From positions 78,758 through 142,757 of the forward strand of contig JAAYDC010000012.1 in assembly GCA_012729455.1 (NCBI GenBank): DNA of 64,000 nt. The letters are read 5' to 3'. The translations under genes and the position numbers were made by a program. Positions 53,952 through 64,000 of this stretch are shown here, one piece after another. Each line of letters begins with the position of its first letter. Positions within the stretch are counted from its first letter, which is position 1. Origin of the DNA: Chloroflexota bacterium (GTDB lineage Bacteria > Chloroflexota > Anaerolineae > UBA1429). Under the pieces are notes generated by a model. That model was not told where the DNA came from and ran no database searches. It was given only the letters and a program-made list of their open reading frames with translations.

Positions 53952-55025
53952 ATGACCGAGTTGAATCAGGTCGATAATAATGCGCTCTCTGCCCGACAGC
54001 GCGAAATATTAAAGATCGTCATCGAGGCCTATACCGAGGCTGCTGTACCGGTGGGCTCAAACACCATCCGTCACTATGGGCACCTGGATGTGAGCACCGC
54101 GACGATCCGTAACGAGCTGGTGGTACTCGAAGAGCTGGGGTATCTGACCCAGCCGCACACCTCGGCAGGTCGCGTGCCCAGCGTCAAGGGCTATCGCTAT
54201 TTTGTCGAGTGCCTGATGGATCAGATCGAGTTGCCGCTGGCTGAGCAGCGCATGATTCGTCACCAGTTTCACCAACTACAGCTCAACCTGGACCAGTGGA
54301 TGCGCCTGACGGCTGCGATCCTGGCGCACAACACCCAAGCCGCCTCGGTGATTACGCCGCCTTATGGAAAGCTGATCCGCTTCCGGCATCTGGAGCTGAT
54401 CTCGATCAACGACAACCTGGTGCTGTTGGTGGCCGTCTTGCAGGATGGCAGCATTCACCAGGAGATGCTCATTCCGGCCGAGCCGTTGGTTCAGGAACTC
54501 CTCAGCCAGTACGCCAACCGGCTGAACGTCCTGCTGGCCGGCAAGACCGCCGGCGATGTGCGCGTCACCACACCGGATGAAGGCACTTGGGAGCCCTTTG
54601 AGAGCACCGTGGTGCAGTGCCTGGCCGACCTGATGAGCACCAGCGAGGCTAACCGCCCCACCTCGTTTTATACCGAGGGACTCGAGAACATGTTGCTGGA
54701 GCCCGAGTTCACCGCCTCGGAAAAGTTCCGCCAGGTGATCCTGATGCTGCAGCAGCACAGCCTGCTCGAACTAATTTTGCCGAGGGTGGTGGACGCCAAC
54801 GGCATCCAGATCATCATCGGCAACGAGTCGGATACCACACAGCTGGATGATGTCAGCCTGGTGCTTTCACCTTATGGGGTGCACGGGCGTGCCCTGGGCA
54901 TGCTGGGGGTGATTGGTCCAATGCGCATGGCTTATGGCCGCGCCATCGGCACGGTGCGCTATATGGCGCAACTGCTGAACTCTCTTCTCAATGACGTATA
55001 CGGCGGCGAATCGCTCGCGCCGTAA
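53952..55025 (+). CDS. hrcA: heat-inducible transcription repressor HrcA
   Basis: LSARQREILKIVIEAY...VGSNTI...STATIRNELVVLEELGYL wHTH and the full-length HrcA layout. Confidence 0.95.
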   Translation: MTELNQVDNNALSARQREILKIVIEAYTEAAVPVGSNTIRHYGHLDVSTATIRNELVVLEELGYLTQPHTSAGRVPSVKGYRYFVECLMDQIELPLAEQRMIRHQFHQLQLNLDQWMRLTAAILAHNTQAASVITPPYGKLIRFRHLELISINDNLVLLVAVLQDGSIHQEMLIPAEPLVQELLSQYANRLNVLLAGKTAGDVRVTTPDEGTWEPFESTVVQCLADLMSTSEANRPTSFYTEGLENMLLEPEFTASEKFRQVILMLQQHSLLELILPRVVDANGIQIIIGNESDTTQLDDVSLVLSPYGVHGRALGMLGVIGPMRMAYGRAIGTVRYMAQLLNSLLNDVYGGESLAP

Positions 55026-55045
55026 GAAAAACAAGGAGACGTACT

Positions 55046-55552
55046 ATGCAGCAAGGCTTTCCGCAGCCTGAAGACGAGATCGAAGAAGCCGCACAGGCTC
55101 ACGAGGAAAACTGGCAGGCTAAAGCTGAGGAATTCAAAGACAAGTGGATGCGCACCGCCGCCGACTATGATAATTATGTAAAGCGTCAGCAGCGCGACCG
55201 CGCCAAGAACGAGATGGATATGCGCATCCAGGTGCTGCGCGAGCTGCTGCCGCCGATGGACGACCTGGACCGCGCCCTGGCTCACACACCGGCCGACCTG
55301 GAGGATAATGCCTGGGTCCAAGGTGTGATTCTGATCGAAAAAAAGTTCAAAGCTGTCCTGGAGCATTTTCGGGTCAAACCAATCCAGGCGGTTGGGCAGC
55401 CCTTTGACCCGAATTATCACGAGGCACTCATGACCGAACCCAGCGATCGCCCTGAGGGCGAAGTGCTGGAGGAGTTTAAAAAAGGCTATATGCTCGACGA
55501 CCAGGTCGTACGGGTTGCCTCGGTAAAGACCTCATCTGGCCCTGCTGAATAA
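55046..55552 (+). CDS. grpE: nucleotide exchange factor GrpE
   Basis: RTAADYDNYVKRQQRD, and the C-terminal FDPNYHEAL...GYMLDDQVVRVASV. Confidence 0.95.
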   Translation: MQQGFPQPEDEIEEAAQAHEENWQAKAEEFKDKWMRTAADYDNYVKRQQRDRAKNEMDMRIQVLRELLPPMDDLDRALAHTPADLEDNAWVQGVILIEKKFKAVLEHFRVKPIQAVGQPFDPNYHEALMTEPSDRPEGEVLEEFKKGYMLDDQVVRVASVKTSSGPAE

Positions 55553-55588
55553 AACAGTTTACAATTTGAAACCCGATAAGGAGTAACT

Positions 55589-57481
55589 ATGAGCAAAATT
55601 ATTGGAATCGACCTGGGGACGACCAACTCGGTTGTCTCGGTCATGGAGGGCGGTGAGCCCAAAGTGATCCCTACCGCAGAGGGCGGGAACCTCTGCCCCA
55701 GCGTGGTTGCCGTCAACCCCAAGACGCATGAGCGTCTGGTGGGGCAACTGGCGCGCCGCCAGGCGATCACCAACCCGGAAAATACCATCTTTTCGATCAA
55801 GCGCCTGATGGGCCGCAAGTTCAGTGACGCCGAAGTGCAAAAAGCCTTAAAGGTGCTGCCCTACAAGATTATCGAGCGCCAGAACGGTGATGCCTGGGTG
55901 CTGATGGATGGCAAAGAATATTCGCCCCCCGAGATCTCGGCCATGATCTTGGCCAAGCTCAAGAGCGATGCTGAGGCCTACCTGGGCGAGAAAGTGACGC
56001 AGGCCGTCATCACCGTGCCGGCATACTTTAACGACGCCCAACGCCAGGCCACCAAGGATGCCGGGCGCATTGCCGGCCTGGACGTGCTGCGCATCATCAA
56101 CGAGCCGACGGCTTCGGCCTTGGCTTATGGTATGGACAAGAAAAAGGATGAAAAGATCGCTGTCTATGACCTGGGCGGCGGCACCTTTGATATCTCGATC
56201 CTCGACATCGGCGACGGCGTCTTTGAGGTCAAGTCAACCAACGGCGATACCTTCCTGGGCGGCGATGACCTCGACGAGCGCATCATCGACTGGATCATTG
56301 ACGAGTACCGCAAAGACCAGGGCATCGACCTGCACAACGACCGCATGGCCCTGCAGCGCTTAAAGGAAGCGGCCGAAAAGACCAAGATCGAGCTCTCGAC
56401 CACGCAGCAGAGCGAAATCAACCTCCCCTTTATCACGGCAGATGCCTCCGGCCCTAAGCACCTGAACATGACGCTGACACGTTCCAAGCTCGAGCAGCTT
56501 GTTTCGGACCTGATCGATCGCTCAATGGCACCCGTCAAGCAGGCGCTCTCGGATGCCGGCTTTAGTGCCTCGGATATCAACGAAGTGCTGCTGGTGGGCG
56601 GCCAGACGCGTATGCCGCTGGTGCAAAAGCGTGTCGAAGAGTTCTTTAAAAAGGCCCCCAACAAGGGCATCAACCCCGATGAAGTGGTGGCAGTAGGTGC
56701 CGCCATTCAAGCCGGTGTCTTGGGAGGACAGGTCGACGACGTGCTGTTGCTCGACGTGACCCCGCTGACGCTGGGCATCGAGACACTGGGCGGCGTTGCC
56801 ACCCCGCTGATCGAGCGCAACACCACGATTCCGACGCGCAAGAGCCAGATCTTTTCGACCGCCTCGGACATGCAGACCCAGGTGCAGATCAATGTGGTTC
56901 AAGGCGAGCGCCCGATGGCCAACGACAACAAGCAGTTGGGCACCTTTAGCCTGGATGGCATCCCAGCCGCACCGCGCGGTGTGCCGCAGATCGAGGTGAC
57001 TTTTGATATCGACGCCGACGGCATCCTGCATGTATCGGCCAAGGACAAAGCCACCGGCCGTGAGCAGCAGATCACCATCACCGCCTCTTCTGGCCTGAAC
57101 AAGGAAGAGATCGACAGGATGGTAAAATCGGCCGAAGAGCACGCTGCTGACGACAAGCGCCGCCGTGATGAAGCCGAAGCACGCAACGAAACCGATTCGC
57201 TGGCCTACAGCGCCGAAAAAACGCTGAAAGACCTTGGCGACAAGGTGCCTGCCGACGTGCGCAGTGATGTCGAGGCCAAGATCGCCGCAGCTCGCGAAGC
57301 CGTCAAGGGCAGCGACACCGAAGAGATGCGCCGCCGCGGCCAGGAGCTTTCTGCCGTGCTGCAGCAGGTGGCAGCCGCTGCCTACCAGCAGCCGGGCGAT
57401 CAGACTCCGCCTCCGGGCAATGATGCTCAGCAGCCGGGCGATGACGAGCAGACTGTCGAAGGAGATTTTCGCGAAGTCTAG
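55589..57481 (+). CDS. dnaK: molecular chaperone DnaK (Hsp70)
   Basis: [25 protein letters not shown] and [11 protein letters not shown] signatures. 630 aa. Confidence 0.98.
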   Translation: MSKIIGIDLGTTNSVVSVMEGGEPKVIPTAEGGNLCPSVVAVNPKTHERLVGQLARRQAITNPENTIFSIKRLMGRKFSDAEVQKALKVLPYKIIERQNGDAWVLMDGKEYSPPEISAMILAKLKSDAEAYLGEKVTQAVITVPAYFNDAQRQATKDAGRIAGLDVLRIINEPTASALAYGMDKKKDEKIAVYDLGGGTFDISILDIGDGVFEVKSTNGDTFLGGDDLDERIIDWIIDEYRKDQGIDLHNDRMALQRLKEAAEKTKIELSTTQQSEINLPFITADASGPKHLNMTLTRSKLEQLVSDLIDRSMAPVKQALSDAGFSASDINEVLLVGGQTRMPLVQKRVEEFFKKAPNKGINPDEVVAVGAAIQAGVLGGQVDDVLLLDVTPLTLGIETLGGVATPLIERNTTIPTRKSQIFSTASDMQTQVQINVVQGERPMANDNKQLGTFSLDGIPAAPRGVPQIEVTFDIDADGILHVSAKDKATGREQQITITASSGLNKEEIDRMVKSAEEHAADDKRRRDEAEARNETDSLAYSAEKTLKDLGDKVPADVRSDVEAKIAAAREAVKGSDTEEMRRRGQELSAVLQQVAAAAYQQPGDQTPPPGNDAQQPGDDEQTVEGDFREV

Positions 57482-57495
57482 AACCCGTTAACCAG

Positions 57496-57524
57496 ATAGG
57501 GACGTTCTGGTTGAACGTCCCTAT
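57496..57524 (+). terminator. hairpin between dnaK and dnaJ (partial terminator or processing/stability element)
   Basis: Perfect 11-bp stem ATAGGGACGTT / AACGTCCCTAT, 7-nt loop, weak T tail (TTGT). Confidence 0.45.
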
Positions 57525-57575
57525 TTGTCGTATCTGCCGCTCAGCGTGGCGCGAGCACACACAAAGAGAAACCGT

Positions 57576-58694
57576 ATGACCGATAACAAGCGCGATTATT
57601 ACGAAATCCTGGAGATCCCCCGCGGTGCATCGGAGGATGAAATTCGCTCAGCCTACCGCAAGCTGGCCAGGCGCTACCACCCCGATGTGAGCAAGGAAGA
57701 CGACGCTGAGGCGCGCATCAAAGAGATCAACGAAGCCTACCAGGTACTGAGCGACCCCGAAAAGCGCAGCCTCTACGACCGCTTTGGCCACCAGGCCTTT
57801 AACCAGGGCAGCGGCGGTTTCCAGGGCTTTGATATGGGCGGCTTTGGCAGTATTTTTGAAGACTTTTTTGGGTTTTCCACCCGCAGCGGGCGCCCCGGCC
57901 CTACCCGCGGCACCGACCTGCGTTATGACCTCGAGATCAGCTTTGAGGAGGCCGTCTTTGGATTAAAGCACGACCTCACCATCAACCGTATGGAGACCTG
58001 TACGGTCTGCCGCGGCAGCGGCGCCGAACCGGGCACCTCGCCGGTGCGCTGCAGCGAGTGCAACGGCAGCGGCCAGGTGCGCCGCCAGCAGCAGTCGATC
58101 TTTGGCGCCTTTGTCAACGTATCAACCTGTCCGCACTGTGGTGGGCGCGGCGAGACGATCAGCACGCCCTGCAGCACCTGCCACGGCACCACGCGTGTCA
58201 AGCAGGAGCGCAGCATTCAGGTCGATATCCCCGCCGGCGTCGACGACCAGACACGCATCCGCCTGACGGGTGAAGGTGAGCCGGGTGCCAACGGCGGCCC
58301 GCCGGGCAACCTGTATGTGGTGCTGCACGTCAAACCGCACGCCTTTTTCACGCGTCGCGAAGACGACATCCTGTTGAACATGAACATCAACATCGCCCAG
58401 GCTGCTCTGGGCGCCGAGATCGAGGTGCCGACCCTGGAGGGCACCGAAAAGATCAAAGTGCCAGCCGGCACCCAGACGGGAACGGTCTTCAAGTTATATG
58501 GCAAGGGCGTGCCGCATCTGCATCGGCGCGACCGCGGCAATCAAGTGGTGATCGTAAATATCCAAACGCCTACCAACCTGAGCGGCCGACAAAAAGAGCT
58601 GCTGCAGGAGCTGGGCACAAGCCTGGGCACCGAGACGGTCGCCAGTGAAGAAAAGGGCTTTCTGGAACGCATCCGCGAAGCATTGGGGCTGTAA
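57576..58694 (+). CDS. dnaJ: molecular chaperone DnaJ
   Basis: J domain DYYEILEIPRGASEDEIRSAYRKLARRYHPD, a G/F region, and four CxxCxGxG zinc motifs. Start at ATG 57576. Confidence 0.95.
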   Translation: MTDNKRDYYEILEIPRGASEDEIRSAYRKLARRYHPDVSKEDDAEARIKEINEAYQVLSDPEKRSLYDRFGHQAFNQGSGGFQGFDMGGFGSIFEDFFGFSTRSGRPGPTRGTDLRYDLEISFEEAVFGLKHDLTINRMETCTVCRGSGAEPGTSPVRCSECNGSGQVRRQQQSIFGAFVNVSTCPHCGGRGETISTPCSTCHGTTRVKQERSIQVDIPAGVDDQTRIRLTGEGEPGANGGPPGNLYVVLHVKPHAFFTRREDDILLNMNINIAQAALGAEIEVPTLEGTEKIKVPAGTQTGTVFKLYGKGVPHLHRRDRGNQVVIVNIQTPTNLSGRQKELLQELGTSLGTETVASEEKGFLERIREALGL

Positions 58695-58696
58695 GG

Positions 58697-59587
58697 ATGA
58701 CAAACGACAAGCGTTGGATTGAACTGAGTGTCGAAACCGAAAAGACGGCTATTGACGACCTGATCAACCTATTTAGCCGCTACTGCAGCGGCGGCACGGT
58801 GGTTGAGGAGCGCCCGGCGGCGCGTGCACTGGTCAAGGGATTTATCCCCGAATGGGAGCAGGAGACCGCCCAGAAGCTGGAGATCGCCCTGCTGCTTTTA
58901 GGGCAGGCCGCTGACGTGGGCAAACCGAACGTAAGGGTGATGGCGCCGGAGGACTGGTCGGAATCGTGGAAAGCTTACTTTGAGCCACAGCACATCGGCA
59001 AACGTACTGTGATCGTGCCCACCTGGCGCAATTACACCCCCAAAGAGGGCGAAATGGTGATTCTGCTCGACCCGGGGATGGCCTTTGGCACTGGGCTGCA
59101 CGCCACTACCAGGCTATGCCTGGCAGCCATCGAAGAGCACGCCTGTGCGGGGCTGCGCGCCATCGACGTCGGCACGGGGTCGGGGATCCTCTCGATCGCC
59201 CTGGCCAAGCAGGGCGTCGGCCCGATCGTCGCACTGGATATCGACCCGGTGGCCGTGCATGTCGCCAAGGATAACCTGGCTCTCAACCAAGTGACGGGTG
59301 TCAATGTGCAAGTCGGCACCCTCGCTGGACCCGATACCCCTGCGGACGTGCCCATGCACACCTGCAACGGCTATGACCTGATGGTGATCAACATCTTTGC
59401 GGATGTGATCATCGCACTCGCCCCTGCCATCGCCGCGGCATTAAAGCTGGGCGGCACAGTGATCGCCTCGGGGATTATCTCGGCAAAAAGCGACTCCGTC
59501 GCAGAGGCCCTGCAAGAGGTGGGCTTTGACGCCCCCGAACGCCGCGATGAAGACGACTGGGTAGCGCTGGTTGCCCGTAAATGCTGA
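58697..59587 (+). CDS. prmA: ribosomal protein L11 methyltransferase
   Basis: WKAYFEP, DPGMAFGTGLHATT and DVGTGSGILSI motifs. Confidence 0.9.
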   Translation: MTNDKRWIELSVETEKTAIDDLINLFSRYCSGGTVVEERPAARALVKGFIPEWEQETAQKLEIALLLLGQAADVGKPNVRVMAPEDWSESWKAYFEPQHIGKRTVIVPTWRNYTPKEGEMVILLDPGMAFGTGLHATTRLCLAAIEEHACAGLRAIDVGTGSGILSIALAKQGVGPIVALDIDPVAVHVAKDNLALNQVTGVNVQVGTLAGPDTPADVPMHTCNGYDLMVINIFADVIIALAPAIAAALKLGGTVIASGIISAKSDSVAEALQEVGFDAPERRDEDDWVALVARKC

Positions 59588-59588
59588 G

Positions 59589-60293
59589 ATGCAGCGCTTT
59601 TTTATCGAACAACACCTCGCCGTCGACTCCGAGCTGGATTTGTCCGAGGGCATCAGCCGGCAGTTGAGCCAGGTGCTGCGCGCCAGGGTCGGCGAACATA
59701 TAGTGCTGCTGGATGACAGCGGCAGCGAGTACGAGTCCGAACTGCTGCAGCTGTCGGGCCGGCACGCGCGCGTGCGGGTGCTCTCGGCCAACGCGGTCGA
59801 GCGCCGCGCGCCCGTTCGCCTGACGCTCTGCCAGGCATTGGTACGTCCCAGCAAACTGGAGTGGGTACTGCAAAAGGGCACCGAGCTCGGTGTAGACGGC
59901 TTTATCCCGCTAGTGACAGAACGCTCGCTGCGTAAAAACGAAAAACAAAAGCGCTGGCGCACGATCATCCGCGAGGCCGCTGAGCAATCTGGGCGCACCC
60001 GTTTACCGCAACTACATGCGCCTGTCGCTCTGAAAGACCTGCTCTTCCCTGAGACAGCCCTGGTACTAATCGCCGACCCCGAGAGCCCCCTCACCCTCAA
60101 GCAAAGCCTGCCCGAGGTTCGGCCGTCCGAGGTCTACCTGCTGATAGGGCCGGAAGGCGGCTTTACTAGCGCCGAAGTATTTGCCGCCGAGCAGCGCAGC
60201 GCGCGCAGGGTCTCCCTGGGGCCGCTGACCTTGCGCACCGAGACGGCCGGCCTGGCGGCAGCCAGTGCCCTGTTCTTCCATTACGGGAGTTAA
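59589..60293 (+). CDS. rsmE: 16S rRNA (uracil1498-N3)-methyltransferase
   Basis: MQRFFIE start, PSKLEWVLQKGTELGV, EQSGR and LIGPEGGFT, typical of RsmE. Start is 2 nt after the prmA stop. Confidence 0.9.
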   Translation: MQRFFIEQHLAVDSELDLSEGISRQLSQVLRARVGEHIVLLDDSGSEYESELLQLSGRHARVRVLSANAVERRAPVRLTLCQALVRPSKLEWVLQKGTELGVDGFIPLVTERSLRKNEKQKRWRTIIREAAEQSGRTRLPQLHAPVALKDLLFPETALVLIADPESPLTLKQSLPEVRPSEVYLLIGPEGGFTSAEVFAAEQRSARRVSLGPLTLRTETAGLAAASALFFHYGS

Positions 60294-60315
60294 ATCAGGC
60301 GGGTTATGTCAGGGG

Positions 60316-60681
60316 TTATTGCATGATAATCTGCACCTGAGGCCGATTGATCATCGACAGCACCAGGGCAGAGAGAACAATTGAGATCAGGCAGGTCACC
60401 AGCAGCTCTATATTCCACGGGGCAGTTTCGTTGAGACGCACGTTGGGCAGCAGCACCAAGAGGTGCACGATGATGCTCAGCCCCTGTACAAAGATGCTTG
60501 CGACCATCGCCAAGCGCTTGCGGCGCACCAGGCTCCAGCCCAGCAGGATAAAGAGAGCAATGGCCACTCCCCACACCGCCGGCGAGATCGACCCCAGCAA
60601 GGATGGCGGCATCAGCAATGCCGCGATAGCCTGCACCACGGCAATCACGATCAGGCTCCAGGTTGTCTTATCTTGCTGCAT
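60316..60681 (-). CDS. small membrane protein (4 TM), unknown
   Basis: Start at ATG 60681 (MQQDKTTWSLIVIAVV...). Four hydrophobic helices. Confidence 0.5.
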   Translation of the reverse strand: MQQDKTTWSLIVIAVVQAIAALLMPPSLLGSISPAVWGVAIALFILLGWSLVRRKRLAMVASIFVQGLSIIVHLLVLLPNVRLNETAPWNIELLVTCLISIVLSALVLSMINRPQVQIIMQ

Positions 60682-60756
60682 CGAATCTATCCCGCTTCTT
60701 GATTTGCCGATTTTAGCCGTACGCCCCGGTGCTGTCAAACCTCCCTTGGGCGGATT

Positions 60757-61434
60757 TCAGCTGAAAAAGCTGGTCTCGAGCATCAGACACAGCTGGTGGT
60801 AAAGCATCAGGTGTGTCTCCTGCACGCGATAGGTATCGCTCTCGGGCACCGCTATGCACACATCCACCCGCTCGGACATGGGGTTGGGGGCGCGCCCTGT
60901 CAGCGCAATGGTCTTGAGGCCGATGGCCGCCGCTACGCTCAGTGCCAGATGGATGTTGCGCGCCTTGCCCGAAGTACTGATGCCCAGCAGCACGTCGCCC
61001 GGCTTGGCCAGCGCCAGCAACTCCTGGGCACAGGCCACCCCTGCCAGGGGTAGATCGTTGGCAACTGCCGAAAGCAAGGTCGGGTTGATGCCCAGCACAT
61101 GCGCGCGCAGCCCAGCCTGCAGGCTTCCCAGCAGCGCCTCGCCATCCGGCTGGCGGCGCAGCGCCTGCTGAAGGGGTCCTGGCAAAGGACGATGAATGGC
61201 AAAGGACTTAAGCATTTCGCCGGAAATATGCAGGGCATCCGACATGCTACCGCCATTGCCCACCAGATAGAGGGTGCCGCCCTGCGCGAGCGACTCGCGG
61301 ATGAGCGTATAGGCAGCCGCCAACTCAGGAGCGGCAGCTACTAGAAATGGGATCTCGCACAATGCGCGGTAGAGGCGCCCAACGGCTGGTTCGGTAGAAT
61401 CGAGAACCTGCTGCCACTCCTGGATCGATTTCAT
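60757..61434 (-). CDS. SIS domain protein (GmhA/DiaA-like sugar-phosphate isomerase fold)
   Basis: LYLVGNGGSMSDALHISGEM and GISTSGKARNI motifs. Confidence 0.75.
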   Translation of the reverse strand: MKSIQEWQQVLDSTEPAVGRLYRALCEIPFLVAAAPELAAAYTLIRESLAQGGTLYLVGNGGSMSDALHISGEMLKSFAIHRPLPGPLQQALRRQPDGEALLGSLQAGLRAHVLGINPTLLSAVANDLPLAGVACAQELLALAKPGDVLLGISTSGKARNIHLALSVAAAIGLKTIALTGRAPNPMSERVDVCIAVPESDTYRVQETHLMLYHQLCLMLETSFFS

Positions 61435-61436
61435 GC

Positions 61437-63932
61437 TTACGCGTCCACTCCTTGTTCGAGCGATTCAGCCTCGGCATCAACTCTGGCTGTCTGCTCGATA
61501 AACTGCATGCCGTCGCCGTCTTTGTTCACGTCAATCACCAGATGCGTCTGCGGCGGTAGATCACCCGTCAGCAGGCGCTGCGAAAGCGGATTTTCGATAT
61601 AACGCTGCAGCGCACGACGCAGCGGGCGCGCCCCAAAGGCGGTGTCAAAGCCTTTGCGTGCCAACCAGTCGGCGGCCGCCACGCTCAGCTCGATGCTGAC
61701 GCCCTGCTCGCTCAGGCGCTTGGCGATCTCTTGTATCTGCAAATCCACGATCTGCAGCATCTCAGCGTGCGTCAGATTATGAAAGATGATCACCTCATCG
61801 ACACGGTTGATAAACTCGGGCCGGAAGGTGCGCTTTAGGTTTTCGCTGATCTCATCGCTCAGGATGCTCTCCTTTTTTTCCTCGGTCGCCACCTGAAAGC
61901 CCAGCGAGGCAGCCTGCCGGCTGGCATAGCGCGTGCCGATGTTGCTCGTCATGATGATGACCGTGTTACGGAAATCGACCGTGCGCCCCTGGCCATCCGT
62001 CAGACGGCCCTCTTCGAGGATCTGCAGGAGCGTATTCCACACATCCGGGTGGGCCTTTTCGATCTCGTCGAACAGGATCACCTGATACGGCCGGCGGCGC
62101 ACCGCTTCGGTCAGCTGGCCGCCCTCTTCGTAACCCACATAGCCGGGAGGCGACCCCACCAAGCGCGAGGCTGTATGGCGCTCGCTGTATTCCGACATGT
62201 CGATCGCTAGCAGAGCGTCTCTATCGTCAAACATAAAGCCAGCCAAAGCCTTGGCAAGCTCGGTCTTGCCCACTCCCGACGACCCTAAAAAGATAAAGCT
62301 GCCGATTGGGCGAGTTGGATCCTTGAGACCGGAGCGTGCCCGCCGGATGGCATCCGAGACGGCCACAATGGCCTCTTCCTGGCCGATGACGTGCTCGCGC
62401 AGGGCCTCTTCCATGTGCACCAGGCGCGAGGTTTCGGCCTCCTGCATGCGCGTGACGGGCACGCCCGTCCACATCGCCACGATCTGGGCGATGTCATCGC
62501 TATCGACCTGCTCGTCGATGCCCTGCGAGGCTTTCCAGGCGTCGCGGCGCTCATTAAAGTCGTCTTCTTTTTGCAGCCTCTGACTCTTGATGGCAGCCGC
62601 CTTTTCATAGTCGCGCTCCTGGCCCGCCAGCTCTTCTTCCTGGGTTAGCTGCAGCACCTCTTTACGCAGCTCCTTTAGTTCTGGCGGCAGGCTAAAGATG
62701 CGCAGCCGCAGGCGCGAGGAGGCTTCGTCGATTAGGTCGATGGCCTTGTCAGGCAGACGGCGGTCTTTGACATAGCGGTCCGAGAGGCGCGCGGCCGAGA
62801 CCAGGGCATCGTCGGTGATGTGTACCTTGTGATGGTCCTCATAGCGGCTGCGCAAGCCATGGAGCATCTCGACGGTCTCATCGATGCTGGGCTCGTCGAC
62901 AAACACGGGCGCAAAACGACGCTCGAGTGCAGCATCTTTTTCGATGTGCTGGCGATACTCGTCCAGCGTGGTCGCCCCGATACAGCGCAGCGCACCGCGT
63001 GCCAGGGCCGGTTTGAGCATATTGGAGGCGTCGATCGCCCCCTGCGCAGCGCCGGCGCCCACCACGGTGTGCAACTCGTCGATAAAGAGGATCACCACCC
63101 CATCGGCCTGCTGAATCTCGTTGAGCGAGGCTTTCAGACGCTCTTCAAACTCACCGCGAAAGCGTGAGCCGGCCACCATGGCGCCGAGGTCGAGCGAAAG
63201 CACGCGCTTGCCCATCAGCGGCTCGGGCACATCGCCCTCGACGATCTTTTGCGCCAGACCTTCGACAATGGCCGTCTTGCCCACCCCTGCTTCGCCAATC
63301 AGCACCGGGTTGTTCTTGGAGCGTCGCGACAGCACCTGCAGGACGCGCAGGATCTCCTGGTCGCGCCCGACCACCGGGTCGAGCTTGCCCTCGCGCGCCA
63401 GAGCCGTCAGGTCGCGGCTGTACTTTTCGAGGGTGCGCAGCTTGGGCATGTTGCGCGCGCCAGCCTGTCTATCCGCCGTTTGCGGCGCAGCGCTCTGTTG
63501 TATCAAGTTGCCGGCGGTAAGGCCGACTTCTGCCATCAGGCGGCTGAACTCGGTGCCTTCTTCCTGAGCAAGCGCCATCAGCAGGTGGTCGACGCGGATC
63601 GTCTCCGCGTCGTCTTTGGTGGCGGCGGCGTTGGCCCGGTCCATGATCTGCTTGACCCTTGGGGTGATAAACACCTGGGCGGCCTGCATGACGGGCGTAC
63701 CAGCCGCCAGGCGCGGGCTATTTTTGAGGAGCTGATCGAGCTTTTCGCGCAGCTCCAGGGTGTTGACATTCAGGTTCTCGAGGATGTCGGTGACTTCACC
63801 CGAGGCCGTCTCGAGGATCGCCAGCATGATGTGCTCGCTATCCAGCTGGGTATGGTGATAGCGCTGCATGATCTCGATCGAGCGCGCGGCGACTTCCTGC
63901 GAGCCCTCGCTAAAACGTTCAAAACTCAGCAC
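61437..63932 (-). CDS. clpC: ATP-dependent Clp protease ATP-binding subunit ClpC
   Basis: Clp_N repeats, Walker A GEAGVGKT and GSSGVGKT, and a short UVR-like linker ([15 protein letters not shown]) rather than the long ClpB M-domain. Start moved to GTG 63932, which has AAGGAG 6 nt upstream (ORF-track TTG at 63953). Confidence 0.9.
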   Translation of the reverse strand: MLSFERFSEGSQEVAARSIEIMQRYHHTQLDSEHIMLAILETASGEVTDILENLNVNTLELREKLDQLLKNSPRLAAGTPVMQAAQVFITPRVKQIMDRANAAATKDDAETIRVDHLLMALAQEEGTEFSRLMAEVGLTAGNLIQQSAAPQTADRQAGARNMPKLRTLEKYSRDLTALAREGKLDPVVGRDQEILRVLQVLSRRSKNNPVLIGEAGVGKTAIVEGLAQKIVEGDVPEPLMGKRVLSLDLGAMVAGSRFRGEFEERLKASLNEIQQADGVVILFIDELHTVVGAGAAQGAIDASNMLKPALARGALRCIGATTLDEYRQHIEKDAALERRFAPVFVDEPSIDETVEMLHGLRSRYEDHHKVHITDDALVSAARLSDRYVKDRRLPDKAIDLIDEASSRLRLRIFSLPPELKELRKEVLQLTQEEELAGQERDYEKAAAIKSQRLQKEDDFNERRDAWKASQGIDEQVDSDDIAQIVAMWTGVPVTRMQEAETSRLVHMEEALREHVIGQEEAIVAVSDAIRRARSGLKDPTRPIGSFIFLGSSGVGKTELAKALAGFMFDDRDALLAIDMSEYSERHTASRLVGSPPGYVGYEEGGQLTEAVRRRPYQVILFDEIEKAHPDVWNTLLQILEEGRLTDGQGRTVDFRNTVIIMTSNIGTRYASRQAASLGFQVATEEKKESILSDEISENLKRTFRPEFINRVDEVIIFHNLTHAEMLQIVDLQIQEIAKRLSEQGVSIELSVAAADWLARKGFDTAFGARPLRRALQRYIENPLSQRLLTGDLPPQTHLVIDVNKDGDGMQFIEQTARVDAEAESLEQGVDA

Positions 63933-64000
63933 TTTAGTCTCCTTTATGGTCAACCCCCACCGGGCAGGGAATTACCCCTGCCCATGTGGGATGATACATC

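Noticed and set aside
63945-63983. A CtsR operator upstream of clpC, and an 8-bp GC hairpin (GGGCAGGG-aattac-CCCTGCCC, 63962-63983).
   Set aside because: Only a single GGTCAA half-site is present, not the tandem heptad repeat. The hairpin is real but lies at the window edge, so promoter context cannot be evaluated.
1-64000. CRISPR arrays, tandem or interspersed repeats, IS elements, prophage or defence-island genes.
   Set aside because: No regularly spaced direct repeats, transposase/integrase-like ORFs or phage structural genes were seen on visual inspection. Gene content looks like core chromosome. Repeat detection by eye is not exhaustive.

Overview
High-GC (about 60%) bacterial chromosomal segment, densely coding on both strands: about 60 CDS and 2 tRNAs. 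I recognised no rRNA, CRISPR array, transposase, integrase or prophage gene.

Gene content, in order:
- comM 3' end and a formamidase-family gene.
- A translationally coupled pair of dynamin-like P-loop GTPases.
- tRNA-Thr, then a PHP hydrolase coupled to trmI.
- A heterodimeric ABC exporter coupled to a DUF4838 protein.
- A minus-strand cluster: lysine-2,3-aminomutase (KamA), a Ddl-like ATP-grasp, an internally truncated Ddl-like protein, and a GNAT.
- A four-gene operon of unknown function (membrane, double zinc ribbon, membrane, large soluble protein).
- A TIM-barrel / ThuA / Gfo sugar module.
- dnaE convergent with lexA, which carries a Cheo-type SOS box.
- A TlpA / DUF2085 / CcdA thiol-redox operon running into tRNA-Pro.
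- An ABC-transporter-type glycan assembly locus of about 10.6 kb: wzt with a C-terminal extension, wzm, four GT4 genes, a methyltransferase, a URO-D-family gene and a GT-C/DUF2029 gene.
- An IscS-like / IscU-DUF59 pair, then superoxide reductase and rubrerythrin.
- An aminotransferase, a transaldolase and a GH38 mannosidase.
- An ECF sigma / anti-sigma module.
- Aconitase and isocitrate dehydrogenase.
- hrcA-grpE-dnaK-dnaJ-prmA-rsmE behind two promoter-CIRCE modules.
- A SIS-domain gene and clpC.

The regulatory logic (HrcA/CIRCE, GAAC-N4-GTTC LexA box, Bacillus-like dnaK operon order) points to a Terrabacteria-type organism. SOR plus rubrerythrin suggests an anaerobe or microaerophile, and Chloroflexota-like is only a guess I cannot verify.

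Most interesting candidates:
1. The KamA / ATP-grasp x2 / GNAT cluster, a putative beta-lysine-derived product.
2. An IscS homolog whose PLP-binding lysine and neighbouring cofactor ligands are substituted.
3. The paired dynamin-like GTPases, both with DxPD where DxxG is expected.
4. The uncharacterised four-gene membrane / zinc-ribbon operon.

All functional calls rest on motif recognition by eye. No database search was run.
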